Assembly: GCA_035084275.1 (NCBI GenBank)
Contig: CM068761.1
Coordinates: forward strand, 744,001-808,000
Direction: 5' to 3'
Length of the DNA: 64,000 nucleotides
Source of the DNA: Hydrolagus colliei
Taxonomy: Eukaryota
The notes beneath the pieces are model-generated. The model saw only the letters and a list, made by a program, of their open reading frames with translations, had not been told where the DNA came from and did no database searches. Numbering within the stretch: position 1 is the first letter of the stretch; the number at the start of each line of letters is the position of its first letter. Shown here piece by piece: positions 1 through 12,527 of the stretch. The position numbers and the translations under genes were made by a program.

Positions 1-1504
1 ACCTTATGTTTGTCAAAGAGCTGCACGGATTTCCTGTAAAGTTATTGGCTGTGCATTTTTTATGTTTCTCTCTCACCCTCCCCACGACCCAGTCAGTATT
101 CTTCCACGTGATATACAGTAGTGATTTGAAGCGCTGTGAGACATCTAGAAGACATGAAAAGCGCTGTATCAAATCTAAAGATTGTTATTATTGTTTTAGA
201 ATAATGTACTTTCGACTACATTTGGTTCTCAGCAACAGGAAATTAATATTTATACCAACAGAAGATGTGAATGAAATGGAAAAGTTAAATTGTTTGGCCA
301 AGCAAACTCTGTAGTCAATAGATGAATCATCCTGGTTAATAATCTACCATAAAAACAATGTTGCTGGGTTTTCCTTGCAGTCTTATCGCTTATCAGTGTT
401 ACTAATATGTGTGCTTTTTGCTTTTCAATAACTTGTCAATTGTAAAATAATTTATACGCTTGCAGATTGATGAAGTGCACTGAACCAAATTAAAAGTATA
501 ATTTTAAGGGCAGAACCGCCATAAACTCAAAGTTCAAGTTGCGATGACACTGACCAGCAGAGTATAAAGTATTCGGGAAGTTCAGTTGCTTGTGACATGG
601 TGGTTTCTTCCATAATGCTAGTGGTTATACAATCTTCAGGCATATCTATTATACAGTGCCACAATTTTTATATCAGCCGCTAATAGAATCTGTGACTTAT
701 ACATCTTAACAAATAGTAAGCTTTTAAAAAGCCTAGACGTACACAATAGCAGGTAGAGGGAACAGAAGGATTTGTAAGAACATGATTCAGTGGCAGCGAG
801 TTTGTTTCTCAACATGTTGTAACAGGTTAAGTTGTTTTGTTCTCTTTAATTCAACAATAACAACTTTGATTTATATCGCGCCCTCCATGCCGGATGGCAT
901 CTCAGAGCGCTTCAATTCACCATAGGATTGAGGGGAGGAAAGTATAATTATTTTATTAAACAGATTAACCCTTCTTCCAATGAAAGGCCAAGAATCGAAT
1001 TTCAATATACGTGAATATTTATGCCCTAATTTTCCCACCTTGCTCTTTGCCTCCCCATGTAAAAGGCGCTATAAAAATGGCATTTGTTGTGTTGCTGCTG
1101 CCAGTAAGAATCTCATTTTTAATGGTTGGAGTGATTGAGTGATCAATTTACTGGTTCGAGTGATTTTGGTATTTTGCTCCAAATTGGCTGTCTCACTGGT
1201 CTAACTGAGGAGAGCTTAAATCTGTTCCTTTTGCTTTGAGAGCCTTCTACCCTTACATTTAATCAGGTGAGCAAACTTTTTCTGTGGCACACCTCACTCA
1301 TTTTGTCCTGTTATCTAAACCTATAGGAATTTTTATATATTTATTGCTTGCAGTATGTTTCCACATTGCAGGATAATGTGATGTACAGGCCTTTCCGCAG
1401 CCCTGTACAATCTGCCTGTACAAGCTGTGCTTCAAAAAGGCTGTGATTTCAAAACCATGTGGTCCATTTCACCCTTTTGAAGTCAGCAAAGTTCCATATC
1501 AAAT

Positions 1505-1812
1505 AGTCAACAGCAACTTGCATTTTTATAGTGCCCTTCACACAGGGTAGTGTCCTAGTGTGTGACTGTTGTGGAGCGCCAGGCCAGGTCAGGGGGAAGG
1601 CATGATCGAAGGGGAGTGTTTTCAAGTTTTACCTGAAAAATGGGGAATGAGAGAGTTCCAGAGTTTCAGGCCATAGTAGCTGAAAGCGCAGAGAGCATTA
1701 TCCTACTGGGAAACACAAGCAGCTAAATACTTCATCAGTTAACAACGACAAACAAAGCAAAATTACATTTATAGAGCGCCTTTCACGTCAGGAGGATGTC
1801 CCAAGTCGCTTA
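1505..1812 (-). mobile_element. Two adjacent L2-type 3' ends
   Basis: caacagcaacttgcatttttatagtgcccttcac at ~1508 and aacaacgacaaacaaagcaaaattacatttatagagcgcctttcacgtcaggaggatgtccc at 1741. Confidence 0.65.
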
Positions 1813-3488
1813 ACGATACGATACGCAAGTGCTACATTTGTTGTAATATCACCCGGTAATTTCAAAAACAGGAATCTACTAGCATGTTTTGTGTGACATT
1901 TTGACTGTTTTTGAATGATTTCCACAAGTCTCGTTCGGAATATCTTGAGTTGATCATATTTCTTGTTTAGTCATGTTGCAGCAGAATGTGAAATCCAGTG
2001 GGTAATAAATGAGACTGCGGCAGACTTGGTCCAAACATCCTATAAATGCCCTCTGTGTCCTTGATGAGCACAATTTTGTGCAGTAAAAACATTTTGGTAA
2101 GAAAGCAGATACAATGATACGGAACTGAATTATCACAGCCGCAATAAAATATCTTTATTGGTTTATTTTCATGCAGGTCCTGTCATTATCAGTTGGTAAA
2201 GTTATAAGCGCATGAATGTTTATTAAAGCAGCGATTATCTCCACTCAGGAATAGCACGTCAGGGTGATAAAGTGCATGGATTCAGTTTACACCCTCTACT
2301 GTACAACAGGCCTCAAGTACTAAGATTTTAATGGACATTACTGTTTACTTAGACTTTACTAAGCCATTCTCTTTCACCTGTTTTTCTTCCCCAAACTTTG
2401 TACTTGTCAACACACCCATTCACACCAATGTTGCTATATGTGCTGTTAATTGCTGTGTTCCAGTTTGAAATGCACCGACCACAAGCCTGCCTTGTTGAAG
2501 TCTAGTCTGGATATAAGCTTCTTTCTCCCCATTGTTTCAGTTGTTAATGACTAATTTCTGCTGTAGTCGGTAAATAGGAATGCACTTACACTATTGAAAT
2601 AATTCCTTTAAAACAAACAAATAGATTTCAACACTGAAAGCCCAGCCTTGGAGGGCAATCATTGACTGACTGCTTTTCCAGTTTACTTCATTGTAATTGT
2701 GTAGAATGAATGCATGCGAGGATAGTTGACTGTTGTGAAGAAATGTTGTCTTGAGTCAAGAGCCATATTCCTTGTAAATGTGCTGCTCTGTGTATCAACA
2801 AGAGCCTTGTCACGTGTCCATGGTGCACATTATTTGCCTACTTCTTGTATGTACGTGGAGGCTTCCACGGTCTCACACACACAACGTCACAGCACCATGA
2901 TATTAGTCTCATGCCAGCTTTCATAATGTGCAGCACGAGATGGTCGTGATTATTACTCTGGCACTCAAGAATTATTTTAAGTTTTGGGGGCTGATTCAGC
3001 TGCTTTTATTTTATTGAACCATTTTATAGTAAGAAGATTACCAATTGCGGTAAAATTCCAGATCTTTTGAAAAGATTAAGTTGTATGTTTGTCTGTCTGT
3101 CTAATGATTGAAATTGTAGAGGAAATATTGCTCACGGGGCAGTATTACAGGGTGTTACTGTAATAAAAGTATCTTTGACGACCTGCTGTAAATGATCAGT
3201 CTAATAAACGGTATCGGACTGATAGGGTGGATTAACCATGTACTTACTGTTTTGCCTGTTTGCTGTGCGATGTCATGTGAGACCTAAGATTTAATTTGTG
3301 CATCTTTTTGCTGCTGGATGTAATATTAATGGCCATTGTTCATCATTTGAGTGAATATAAAGGAATGAGAAGGACAGTAAGAAAACCACAAACATTTGGA
3401 CAAGGTCTGAATTCCTATATTCCCAAACTAGTCATTTAGTGGGGACTGGACAGGACTATAAAATATCGTTAGACTGTTAATAAACTGG

Positions 3489-3585
3489 GGAAAAACAGAA
3501 ATCACCGGGAACACTCAGTAGGACAGGCAGCATCTATGGAGAAAAAGGTGAGTCAACATTTCAGGTCAACGACCCTCCATCGGGA
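3489..3585 (-). mobile_element. Single arm of the same Penelope-type repeat
   Basis: aaaaacagaaatcaccgggaacactcagtaggacaggcagcatctatggag..aacatttcaggtcaacgaccct. Confidence 0.7.
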
Positions 3586-3602
3586 AAAATATGTTTTTTT
3601 TT

Positions 3603-3665
3603 AATCTCGCCGGTTTTCGGGAGTTGCCGGCTTTCGTCATTTCGGATTATCGAGGTTTTACTGTA
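3603..3665. mobile_element. Terminal fragment of a Tc1/mariner-pogo (Tigger-like) element
   Basis: Ends ttcggattatcgaggttttactg|TA, a Tigger-like TIR plus TA; CpG-rich; partner TIR not found. Confidence 0.5.
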
Positions 3666-6600
3666 TCCCTTTATCTCTTTGATCCTCTCCAATCTGACTA
3701 CCGCTCGCCCCCTCAGTCACATACCGGCTTAATTATCTACTTTTAATGTTTGTGTCATCTTCTTGAACCTAAACTATATCCTTTGGTGTTTGTTCTAAGG
3801 AAAAACAAGTTATTTTAATGTTGTATGAGTCAGGTTTTATTGAGGATATAGTGGGTGATCTTGGCACCCTATCCTTAGAAAAGCATTGATGCATTTGACA
3901 AGATTGACTTGGATTCTTAAGTTACAACAAGAAACTTATTGAACTGAGCTTGTTTTAATTGTCAACATCATGCAAAGGAAGTAAGGTTGGTCACAAGGCG
4001 TTTCCTGGCTGTTTAATTATTGTTGAATTTTTACATGTAACTGGGGAGATCACTGCTTGAATACTACTACAACAATAGGAAGCTAAAGAAATAGTGTGCA
4101 AAAGGCCATTTGAGGTAAGTTTAGTTTAAATTGCATTATTAAAGTAGGAAGATCAACTAATAAATAGAGTAGGTGAAGCAGTAGTTAATAGATAATGAGT
4201 TAGGACTTGGGCCCAGCGCCATGTGAATGGGAGCAGCTTGCACAGGTAAACAGTGGCCTTATGGTTGGATCAAAACATTCAGGGCAGAGGTAAGACTATA
4301 AATCCAGCTCATAAATTCCCACAGGCTTCCATTATTGCCACATTTAATTGGTATAACTGCCATACCATAGTGGCTTATCAGCTGCTGTTCTAGTGATTGT
4401 TTGGTTTAGATAAGGACAGAAGCCTGATAAAATGCTGATAACATTATTATAAGAGACATTTTGAAATTCTTTGCATCATTACCCTCCATGCGGCCCACTG
4501 TACTTGTTGGATACTCGGGAGCTCTTGTTTCTCCCACATTGTGGAATTTCTCAGCCATTGACACTGTGCTGGTGCTGTACCAACCCCCTTTTTTTTGAAG
4601 TGAGTGAAGTGAATTGGATCCCATGATACAAAGGGTTTGTTGATCAGACCAGCAGCATGGAAGGGTACAAGGTATTAGCTGATTGTTTAAAGCTGTGTTC
4701 GATTTCAGAGGCGCCTGTGAGCTTTATAACTCAGTAAAAAAAAGATGTTTCTGATTTTAACATGAAAAGCAATTTAGGAAGAAGACTACAGAAGGATGGC
4801 TATATTGGAGTCTGGTTTGTTCCCATAATTTTTTTTGCTGGTTTGAATCTTATTTTTAAGTTATTTTATGGCATCCTCCAGACGTGAGAGGTGCTCTACA
4901 ATTCTAATTTTGTTGTTGTAGTTGCATTAAATAGAGAATAGGATAGCGTTGGGTAGGGATAGGTGAGGAAGTGGTGTGTTCATTGGAATGTTGTGGATGA
5001 TTGGTTGCTGTGAGATTTTTAGGTTCTGGAGTTATTGAGTGCGCTCATAGCTCTGACCAGTCAGGAAGTGTCCCAGATTTCCATTGATTGAGTAAATCTC
5101 AGTTATTAGCATTTGTGAACTAAGTTTGTTTGAAGCTCTGCTGGTGTTACAATCTTTGTGGATTGTTTTATATAATGAAACAAGACGGAAAGATCTTGGA
5201 TTCAATCAAATATGCATTACATTTTTGAAGGTTTTCTATTGATTAACAATAGACAGCAAAACAAATAACTGGGAAGCTGATCGATCGAGGCAGATTGTCA
5301 CCTCTTTCCATCTCATTGGGATTTTGAGCCACTCAAGGTTGGTTGTTAACATTTGCCTAGTTGGTCCTCGATGTTTATATGTCTTCAGTCCCAAAAGGGA
5401 ATCATCTTCAGTGGCTCTTTAAGTTGTAAGATTCTAGATGTTGGGAAAGCTAAAGTCAGTAACAGGGACATTTCTTGTAGGGTTTTTACATGATAAATTG
5501 CCTTTTTACCGAGCTGACAATTGTATTGTTCTGATTTCACACTTGCAATGGGTTGGTTCAGCCTAAATAACAGTGAGTCAGCACAGCTGCATTTGTTTGT
5601 GACAGCCTGTAAACATCTAATGAGACCAGGCATGAGACTTAATTATCTGCAGTTTAATGAATATGTTTGTGTTGCAGGATTGTAATTTCACAAGATGCTT
5701 ATACAAAAAGGAGAAAGAAATCTGATTACTGAATGTTCCTTGAGGTTTCCTGTGTTTGCTTCTGTCCAATGTGAGGTTAGCAACAACTCAACCATAGTGG
5801 GGTTGAGACTTGTATTATATTGGTGAGATACTATATCAAATCCTAAGATTATTATTATAGTTTCAAAAAGCTGGTTATAAACTGGACCATGTGACCCTCG
5901 ATCTACTTTAAATCCAGACTCCACTTCTGCTAGGTGTGCTTTGGAGCCTGAGTCAGTTGCAAGCTGGATACAATACTTGAAATCGTTCCAAAGTCGAGTT
6001 TCCCCCACCCTTCATGGAAGTTTGATTCACTTCTTTTAAAAGTAGACAGCATTGCTCAACTGAAAGGGTAGAGCTTTGTCAGCCTCTCATTACGTGGGGA
6101 GTGAAATCAGCGCTAAAGATAATAATCCTTTTATTCAGTACACCCAGTGCATTTTTTTGGGGGGAGCATGTTTTACTAAATTTAATGCTCCATTGACAAG
6201 AGTTTTATTCAGCGAGATCAGAGACATCTGACGTGGAGCTTCAAATGAAGCAGAAAGCTGCGCAATCAGTGTGAGATCACATGGGGCAGGCTAGAGAGGC
6301 TAGAGCTCAGGGGCATTATAGGGAACAGCTTGTTCTGAAGAAGAATTCACTCATTTTGGAAGAACCAAAGCAGCTCCTAAGTGGATTAATCCTTAAGTGC
6401 AAAACCCCATAGCAAACTGACTTGTTGCAAATCTCCGAATGTGTAACAAAGTACAAAACAGCTGATATTAATTAGACTTCTTTCTAGCCCACCTATCATA
6501 CATACATCAGCTCTCTCCCTATATCTATCAGGGTGCTGCCACTTACTCTGCCGTCATTCCTGAGCTGTAGAGGCTTCCTCCCTCCCTCCATCCCTCCCTC

Positions 6601-9600
6601 CCTCCCAGTCAGGGAAAATTCCTACCTGTGGATGTGGAGTTCCAGCACAGATTTGTGTTCCAGCACAGATTCTAACAGTGAAACTTGGCTTTGACTGTCA
6701 GTTACTGTTAGCCATTTCTTTATGGTAATGAAAGGATATATCAGCTGATAGCCAAACAATCCACCACTGTGCAGCATGGGGCTGTTGGGAGTAGTTGGAG
6801 CAGTAATGAGAGTTCTAAGGGACGAATAGATGCCAGAGACTGTACACATTAACCAAATTGTAAGGACTACATTTTTGTAATCCAATAACCCCCAGTGGTC
6901 ATGCATCATTAAATAAATAAAAACTTTTTGGCAAGGAAATTGTTGTTTTTCACCGAGTCACACTGTGCCACAGGCAGGAAAGGCACAGCACAGAGGCTGG
7001 CAGATGTTTTATGTTGGAATCACTGGGTGGTTTAATTTACTGTCATTAGCGAAATGTTTTATGAATTGCACTGCTGTTTTAAGTACTGAAACCGTGCCAG
7101 CCAACTCTGTTCCAGAAGCCTTAGTGAGGGAAGAATGCTCCCACTGTGCCTTTTTAATGATTTTTAAAAAAGCATAATGTGCCCAGTAATGAAAACACTT
7201 CTGTTTTTTAACTCCTGGAGTCATCGCAGCATATGAACCCCCTTCCTTATTTTATTCATCCCAGAAAGGTAAATCAGTTCTTATCCAAATAATTGTAGAC
7301 AACAGAAAAGAGTTCAATTTCACACTAAATCTGAATTCATCTTCAAAAGATTGATTAAGGGAAAGGGCTAATTTCAGTTTGCATTGAAACATTCAATTTG
7401 AAACTTTCTGTGCCTGTCTGATTTTATTGCTGTTTTTATGTTCCCTGCTTGAGATGTACTGGAAAGCTGTCATTAATCGCCATAATAGACAGTCATAGCA
7501 ATCCCAGCTGCTGGAAACACCATATGGTGAATGAGGCAGTGATGGTGCCCTTGCAGGGACAGAGAGCCAACCAGAGGTAGTTTCTACCTGTTAAGGCAAC
7601 ATTGTTGGTGGAGGCCCTGCTGACAACTTCTCTATTGGCTAGCTGTCTGGCTCCTGTGGGACTCTCCCCAGCCTTTGGGCTAGGTACTGTGACCAGTAGT
7701 TTGACTGATAAAACAACAACAAAATTACATTTATAGAGCGCCTTTCACTTCGGGGTGCAAAAGCTTCTATGCATGTTAAGTCTCCAGTTCATGTTCTCTA
7801 GAACAGACCCTTTAATCTCTCATATCCTCAGGCTGTCACACGAGTGCAGCAGAAGTTTGATCTGCTTATAAGGAAATACAGACACAATGAAGACCAGGCT
7901 GTGTTCTATTTCAGATCTGGTCTCCGAGCTCCTTGGAGGGTAATATTTACTTCCAAAGTTACACAGCAGGGGCTCGCGGTCATTCACCTCATGGCATAAG
8001 CAAAGCTTGGGGACCTTGCTGGCACAAATGGCCGCATAGTTTGCCAACAAAAATAGTCATCCCTTTGCCTATAATTACTTGTAAAATACCCAGAGACTTT
8101 TCAATTTGATATGCTGCTATAAAAAGAAAGTTCCTTTCTGATTTCACTGAACCCACTGTAGAACCACAGTGTTTAAAACTGATGATGCAGTGAATGTTTG
8201 TATGCTTTAATCGGAGGGATTGCCTCAGTGGGTCATTTTGCTCAGATGCTGCTCCTCATATTGTATTTCTAAATTGTTTAAACACTTGAATCCTATTCCC
8301 TTATGAGGCTCCTACCCTAACTGGTTTTAAATTTTCACAATACAAACAACAAAAGCAAAATTACACTTACATAGCGCATTTCACGTCAGGAGGACGTCCT
8401 CAATAGAGAAGTCCTGACATTTGAGACCTGACTAAAGCTGGAGTTTTATCTGTCATTTGCCCACAGCCACATGATTAAAGTGGATTGTTGGCAAATAAAG
8501 GTATAGCTATGGCCCCATTTGTATGTGTACCTAAGTGGCCCATGTTCAATGCATAGAAGTCAGAAGAGATGACAATCATTTCATTTTGCAGATGTTGATC
8601 AGCAAAACATCCTGAGCAAAATGCAGTATTCAAGATTACCAATTAGTACCTTGCTTAGATCAGCAAACGTAACACAGCTAAGAGATGGAATCTGTGCTCT
8701 TCCTAGTCCCATGGTGTAGTTACGTGCTGGGCAGAGCTCTTACTGCTAGGCTATTAACAGAAGCCAATAAAACACTTTCAAAGGAAGGTATTTCCTTCAA
8801 GCACTGTCCATATCTTTCTGCTGATTATTTGTCTTCTTGCTGAGGGGAATCTAAAATGAGGAGAAAGCTGAAGAGACTTCTCGAATCTTGCTGAACAAAA
8901 CTCATTCCTCTGACTTCTATGCAGTTGGCATTTGAAACTGACAGCTGCAAGTTGCCGATTGCACTTCCTTATCACGTTACTGACTCCCTGACCTTGTCAC
9001 AGTGCACATGACCAATTCATCAAAACTCCGTCTTAGCCAAAGGCTTGTGATGAGGGACACTTTTCATTCTGCTTTCATTGAACGTGCAACAAGAACATCA
9101 ACAATCCCTGTTTCTCTGAAGCTGTTATCCTTGTATGGGTTGAATAGCGGCTTCGATTCTAGGTCTTGGTGCTCTCCATTGCAATATATTACTGCACGAA
9201 TGGGCTGTTGCCCAATGTCCTTGTTGAATTGCAGCTTAGGTTAATCTATTCAGATCCTTTTTAAGCAGTGTATGTTGCACTGTAATTGAGTGAGTTCAGG
9301 AAGCTCACGACACAACCTATTGAAATAATAGGGATAGCCTGATGTATCTCATGGCGCAATCTAGGACAGTCCATCTCAGAAGTGAGCAAGCTGAACAGTC
9401 CAGTGACTAGGGAGACAGTATCTGAAAGACCCACACTGCTTTGGACCGAAAAATAAAATCCTGTTTAACAATTTGAGCCTCTTACTTTTGTGGCATTTTG
9501 ATGGGGACAAGCATGCCTGATGCCTGTTGTGGAGCACTAAAGGGGAGTTGCAAGATGAGGATTAACAGGAATTAAGTTCTTGGATCTGTTTGAATCACTG

Positions 9601-11640
9601 AGATGATAGAGTCTGAATTGTTGCCAAGTAAATAGTTGATGAAAAATGAGAAAGGGACCGGAGGAGGAGGGAGAGGAAAACAGATTATGCTGCTGTATTT
9701 CTTTGAAAAAGAGTCATGTAATTTCACAACAACCTGCCCGTATTTAGCACCTTTTGAGGAAAATCCTTGACTTCTTTTTGAATTTGTGTAAGAGTTCTTT
9801 GAAGGTCAGTCCAGGCAATTTGCTTGCCATTGCAATATTTCTTCAGTTAAGCATTCAGATTTGTTCTTGCAATATGAAAAATATGTGATACTGCGACAAT
9901 CTGCTTGGAAGCCAGTCTTACTGAGTGTCATGTTCCAATGAACAAGCTGCTCCTGGGTGCTGTGCTGCAGTTGCCGCTTATTCAGATGCCTGGCGTTTGG
10001 CTGAGGTACTCTCGGGATCGCAGGGCTGTGGGTATCTGTCATGTGCCGGAAAGTGGGAAAATAGAGTTTAATGGGTCTTTCTGAAGCTGCTCAGATGTGA
10101 TGAGGTCACTAGTTTAGTCGTGTTGAATGTCTAGATGTTACACTTCAATTTGTTGAAATTGTTTTGTGAGAGATTGTCTTCAGTAGTTTAATGTTCAAAT
10201 AAACAAACCAGGAAGTGACTCCTCAGTGTTGGTCAGTGTAAGGGCAGTGTAGTTTCTAAACTTAAATATCTGTGTGTGAGAGACACACTTGTACAGTGCA
10301 CTTGCTAAGCAATATGCCGATTTTATTGTTTTTTTATTATTGCAATAAAATGTCATTTACATGTTAGCCCTGATAATGCGAGACCTGTTAGTTTTATGAG
10401 AGCTGTTGCATGCAATATCTTAGGTTACAGAAAGCCTGAATCAAACATCCAGAAGATTAATGCAAGCTTATATTGTGTGTCATGTAGATACGAAGCAGAA
10501 ACTGCATAGATAGTTGAAGTTCTGAGAACCACGTCAGCTAACTTCAATTTATTTTTAATAACCCCTTGTTCTGTCAGCCAAACTGACGTCTGGGTCTAAT
10601 CTGTCCAAGTTTCATCTAATGATATAGCAAAGTGATGTGTACTTTGCACCTTTGAACATTCTAGAATTACAACAACAACAAGCTACGTTGGTTTAGTGTG
10701 TTTCACATTAGAGGATTACACCTTCCTGAATGTTGGAAGCCTTTCAAACATAAGCGACTGCTTCTTTTGACTCAATGTGTGGACAGTAAATATAAGTTTT
10801 ATATTGTAGAATCTTATAGTGAATCCTGTGGGCAGAGTGCTTTCCTTTGGGGTGAGTTTCAGTTTTATTATCTGACGTTGAGTAAAATCACAGGAGTTTG
10901 GAGAAGAATAGAAAAAAAGTCACCCTGAGGCCAACCTTGTAATCTGTCCTATGTAGGACTCAAGGGCCCAGCTCTGGGCATCCTAGGAAACCAGAGATCT
11001 ATTGAATTATTTTGATTGTAAAATGTTTTAATTCAATTCCTTCTCTGCTCTAAATCCAGTTGGTAGAGAAATGCTGCAGCACTGCCCATCCTCACCCAGA
11101 GATCTAATTCTGACTATGGTCTCTGTAATAATGTCTGTAAACAAAGAGATCAGTTAGTACAGCACCAACTGCTAGTTTAAGACCCAACCCAACTGTCAGT
11201 TAGTTACAGCTGCATATGTATGTTTGTCTTGGATTTGCGATTGACGTACTGTGTGAACATTTATAAATATTGCTAGAGTTGCATATTCCATTGGTACTGT
11301 GAGTGACAGTTTGACAACCCAGTTGACCTGAGCTGCCTCGCAGGAGGTTGATCCAAGGCTACTATCAACGCCTGATACCCATTTCTTACTGTTTCCTAAA
11401 AAAAATCTGCGTGGGCTGGTAAAGGACTGTGGTACATTCAAACTACAGGAGATCCCATTTGATTTAGATGCTCCTGATATTGAATGAGTGTGGTCTTCAT
11501 GGCGACGCAGCATAAACTGGCACAGGAGGATGATTCTGTGAGACTTAAGGAATGTGCTGACAACGTCCCCTTTTTATGAGGTGAGTATTTCCCCAGTGCA
11601 AGCTTCTTTCGTCTGGACCAACCAATCTCTGTCTGGCATC

Positions 11641-11886
11641 AAAAACAGAAATCCCTGGGGACGCTCAGCAGGTCAGGAAGTATCTATAGAGAAAGGAGAG
11701 TGATTCAATATTTCAGGTCCAAACACTTCGTCAGAACAAAGTTCCCTTGTGCTGACCAAGTGTCGTGGACCCAAAATGTGTTGTGAACCCAATTTCCTTT
11801 CTCCATAGGTGCTGCCTGACCTGCTGAGTATTCCCAGCCATGTCTGTGTTTGTTTCAGATTTCCAGCATCTGCAGTTTCTTGCGTT
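11641..11886. mobile_element. Penelope-like-element-derived palindromic (inverted pseudo-LTR) repeat
   Basis: Arms aaaacagaaat..ctcagcaggtcagg..tctatagagaaagg..tttcaggtc and ..tttcctttctccataggtgctgcctgacctgctgagtattcccagc..tctgtgttt are mutual reverse complements, followed by cagatttccagcatctgcagt. Matches the recalled shark Penelope hairpin repeat. Confidence 0.75.
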
Positions 11887-12486
11887 CTGTCTGGCAACAT
11901 ACTGATTTATTGTAGATTGAGTATAACCTGTACTTTATCCTATAGATGATTTAGGACAGGGTTGAGAGTATAGCCTTCAATGACCCCAGTCAAGTTATTG
12001 ACTGTACAGCACCATGTTTAACGTATTTACTCATTACCAGTGAACATTGTTGCAATAATGTTAAATGACCTTATATTGGACATGGTATCCATTTGGTATA
12101 ACATGTAGGCCATCTGTTGGCCTGTCATATCTTGTCCATCTGAGACAGTTTGATGGCTGTAAATTGCAAAACGCATGTTGATGAGAAGCGATGGGTGTGT
12201 TGTGAGGACATCCGTTAATTTATACATGATCTGTGGTCGACTGTGTTTAAGGCTTGAAACCGCTTCCCTGTTGTAGGTCACAATGGACAGCATCATCACT
12301 GTTTGTAGGCGTATTGTGCAGCGAGTGAGAAATAGACTCTCTGGGCTGGGCTGATCTGAACTGTGTTGCAAAAGAACTAAATAATTTATAATACAAATTG
12401 AAGTACCTAAATCAATAGAGATTACATTCAGTAATAATCCTTGAATTGGCTATAGCTGAAATTATGGGAATGTCTGATTGTACTTC

Positions 12487-12527
12487 ACAACAACAACAAC
12501 AACAACAACAAATTACTCTTATAAAGG
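12487..12527 (-). repeat. (CAA)n microsatellite, the stub tail of the young L2 family
   Basis: acaacaacaacaacaacaacaacaaattactcttataaag, same junction as 40031 and 55996. Confidence 0.8.

Noticed and set aside
6639-6671. 15-bp direct repeat gttccagcacagatt with 18-bp period (similarly aatgcaaggatc x2 at ~13132)
   Set aside because: Ordinary local slippage duplications with no further structure.
12027-12371. 114-aa minus-strand ORF
   Set aside because: No recognisable domain or splice context.
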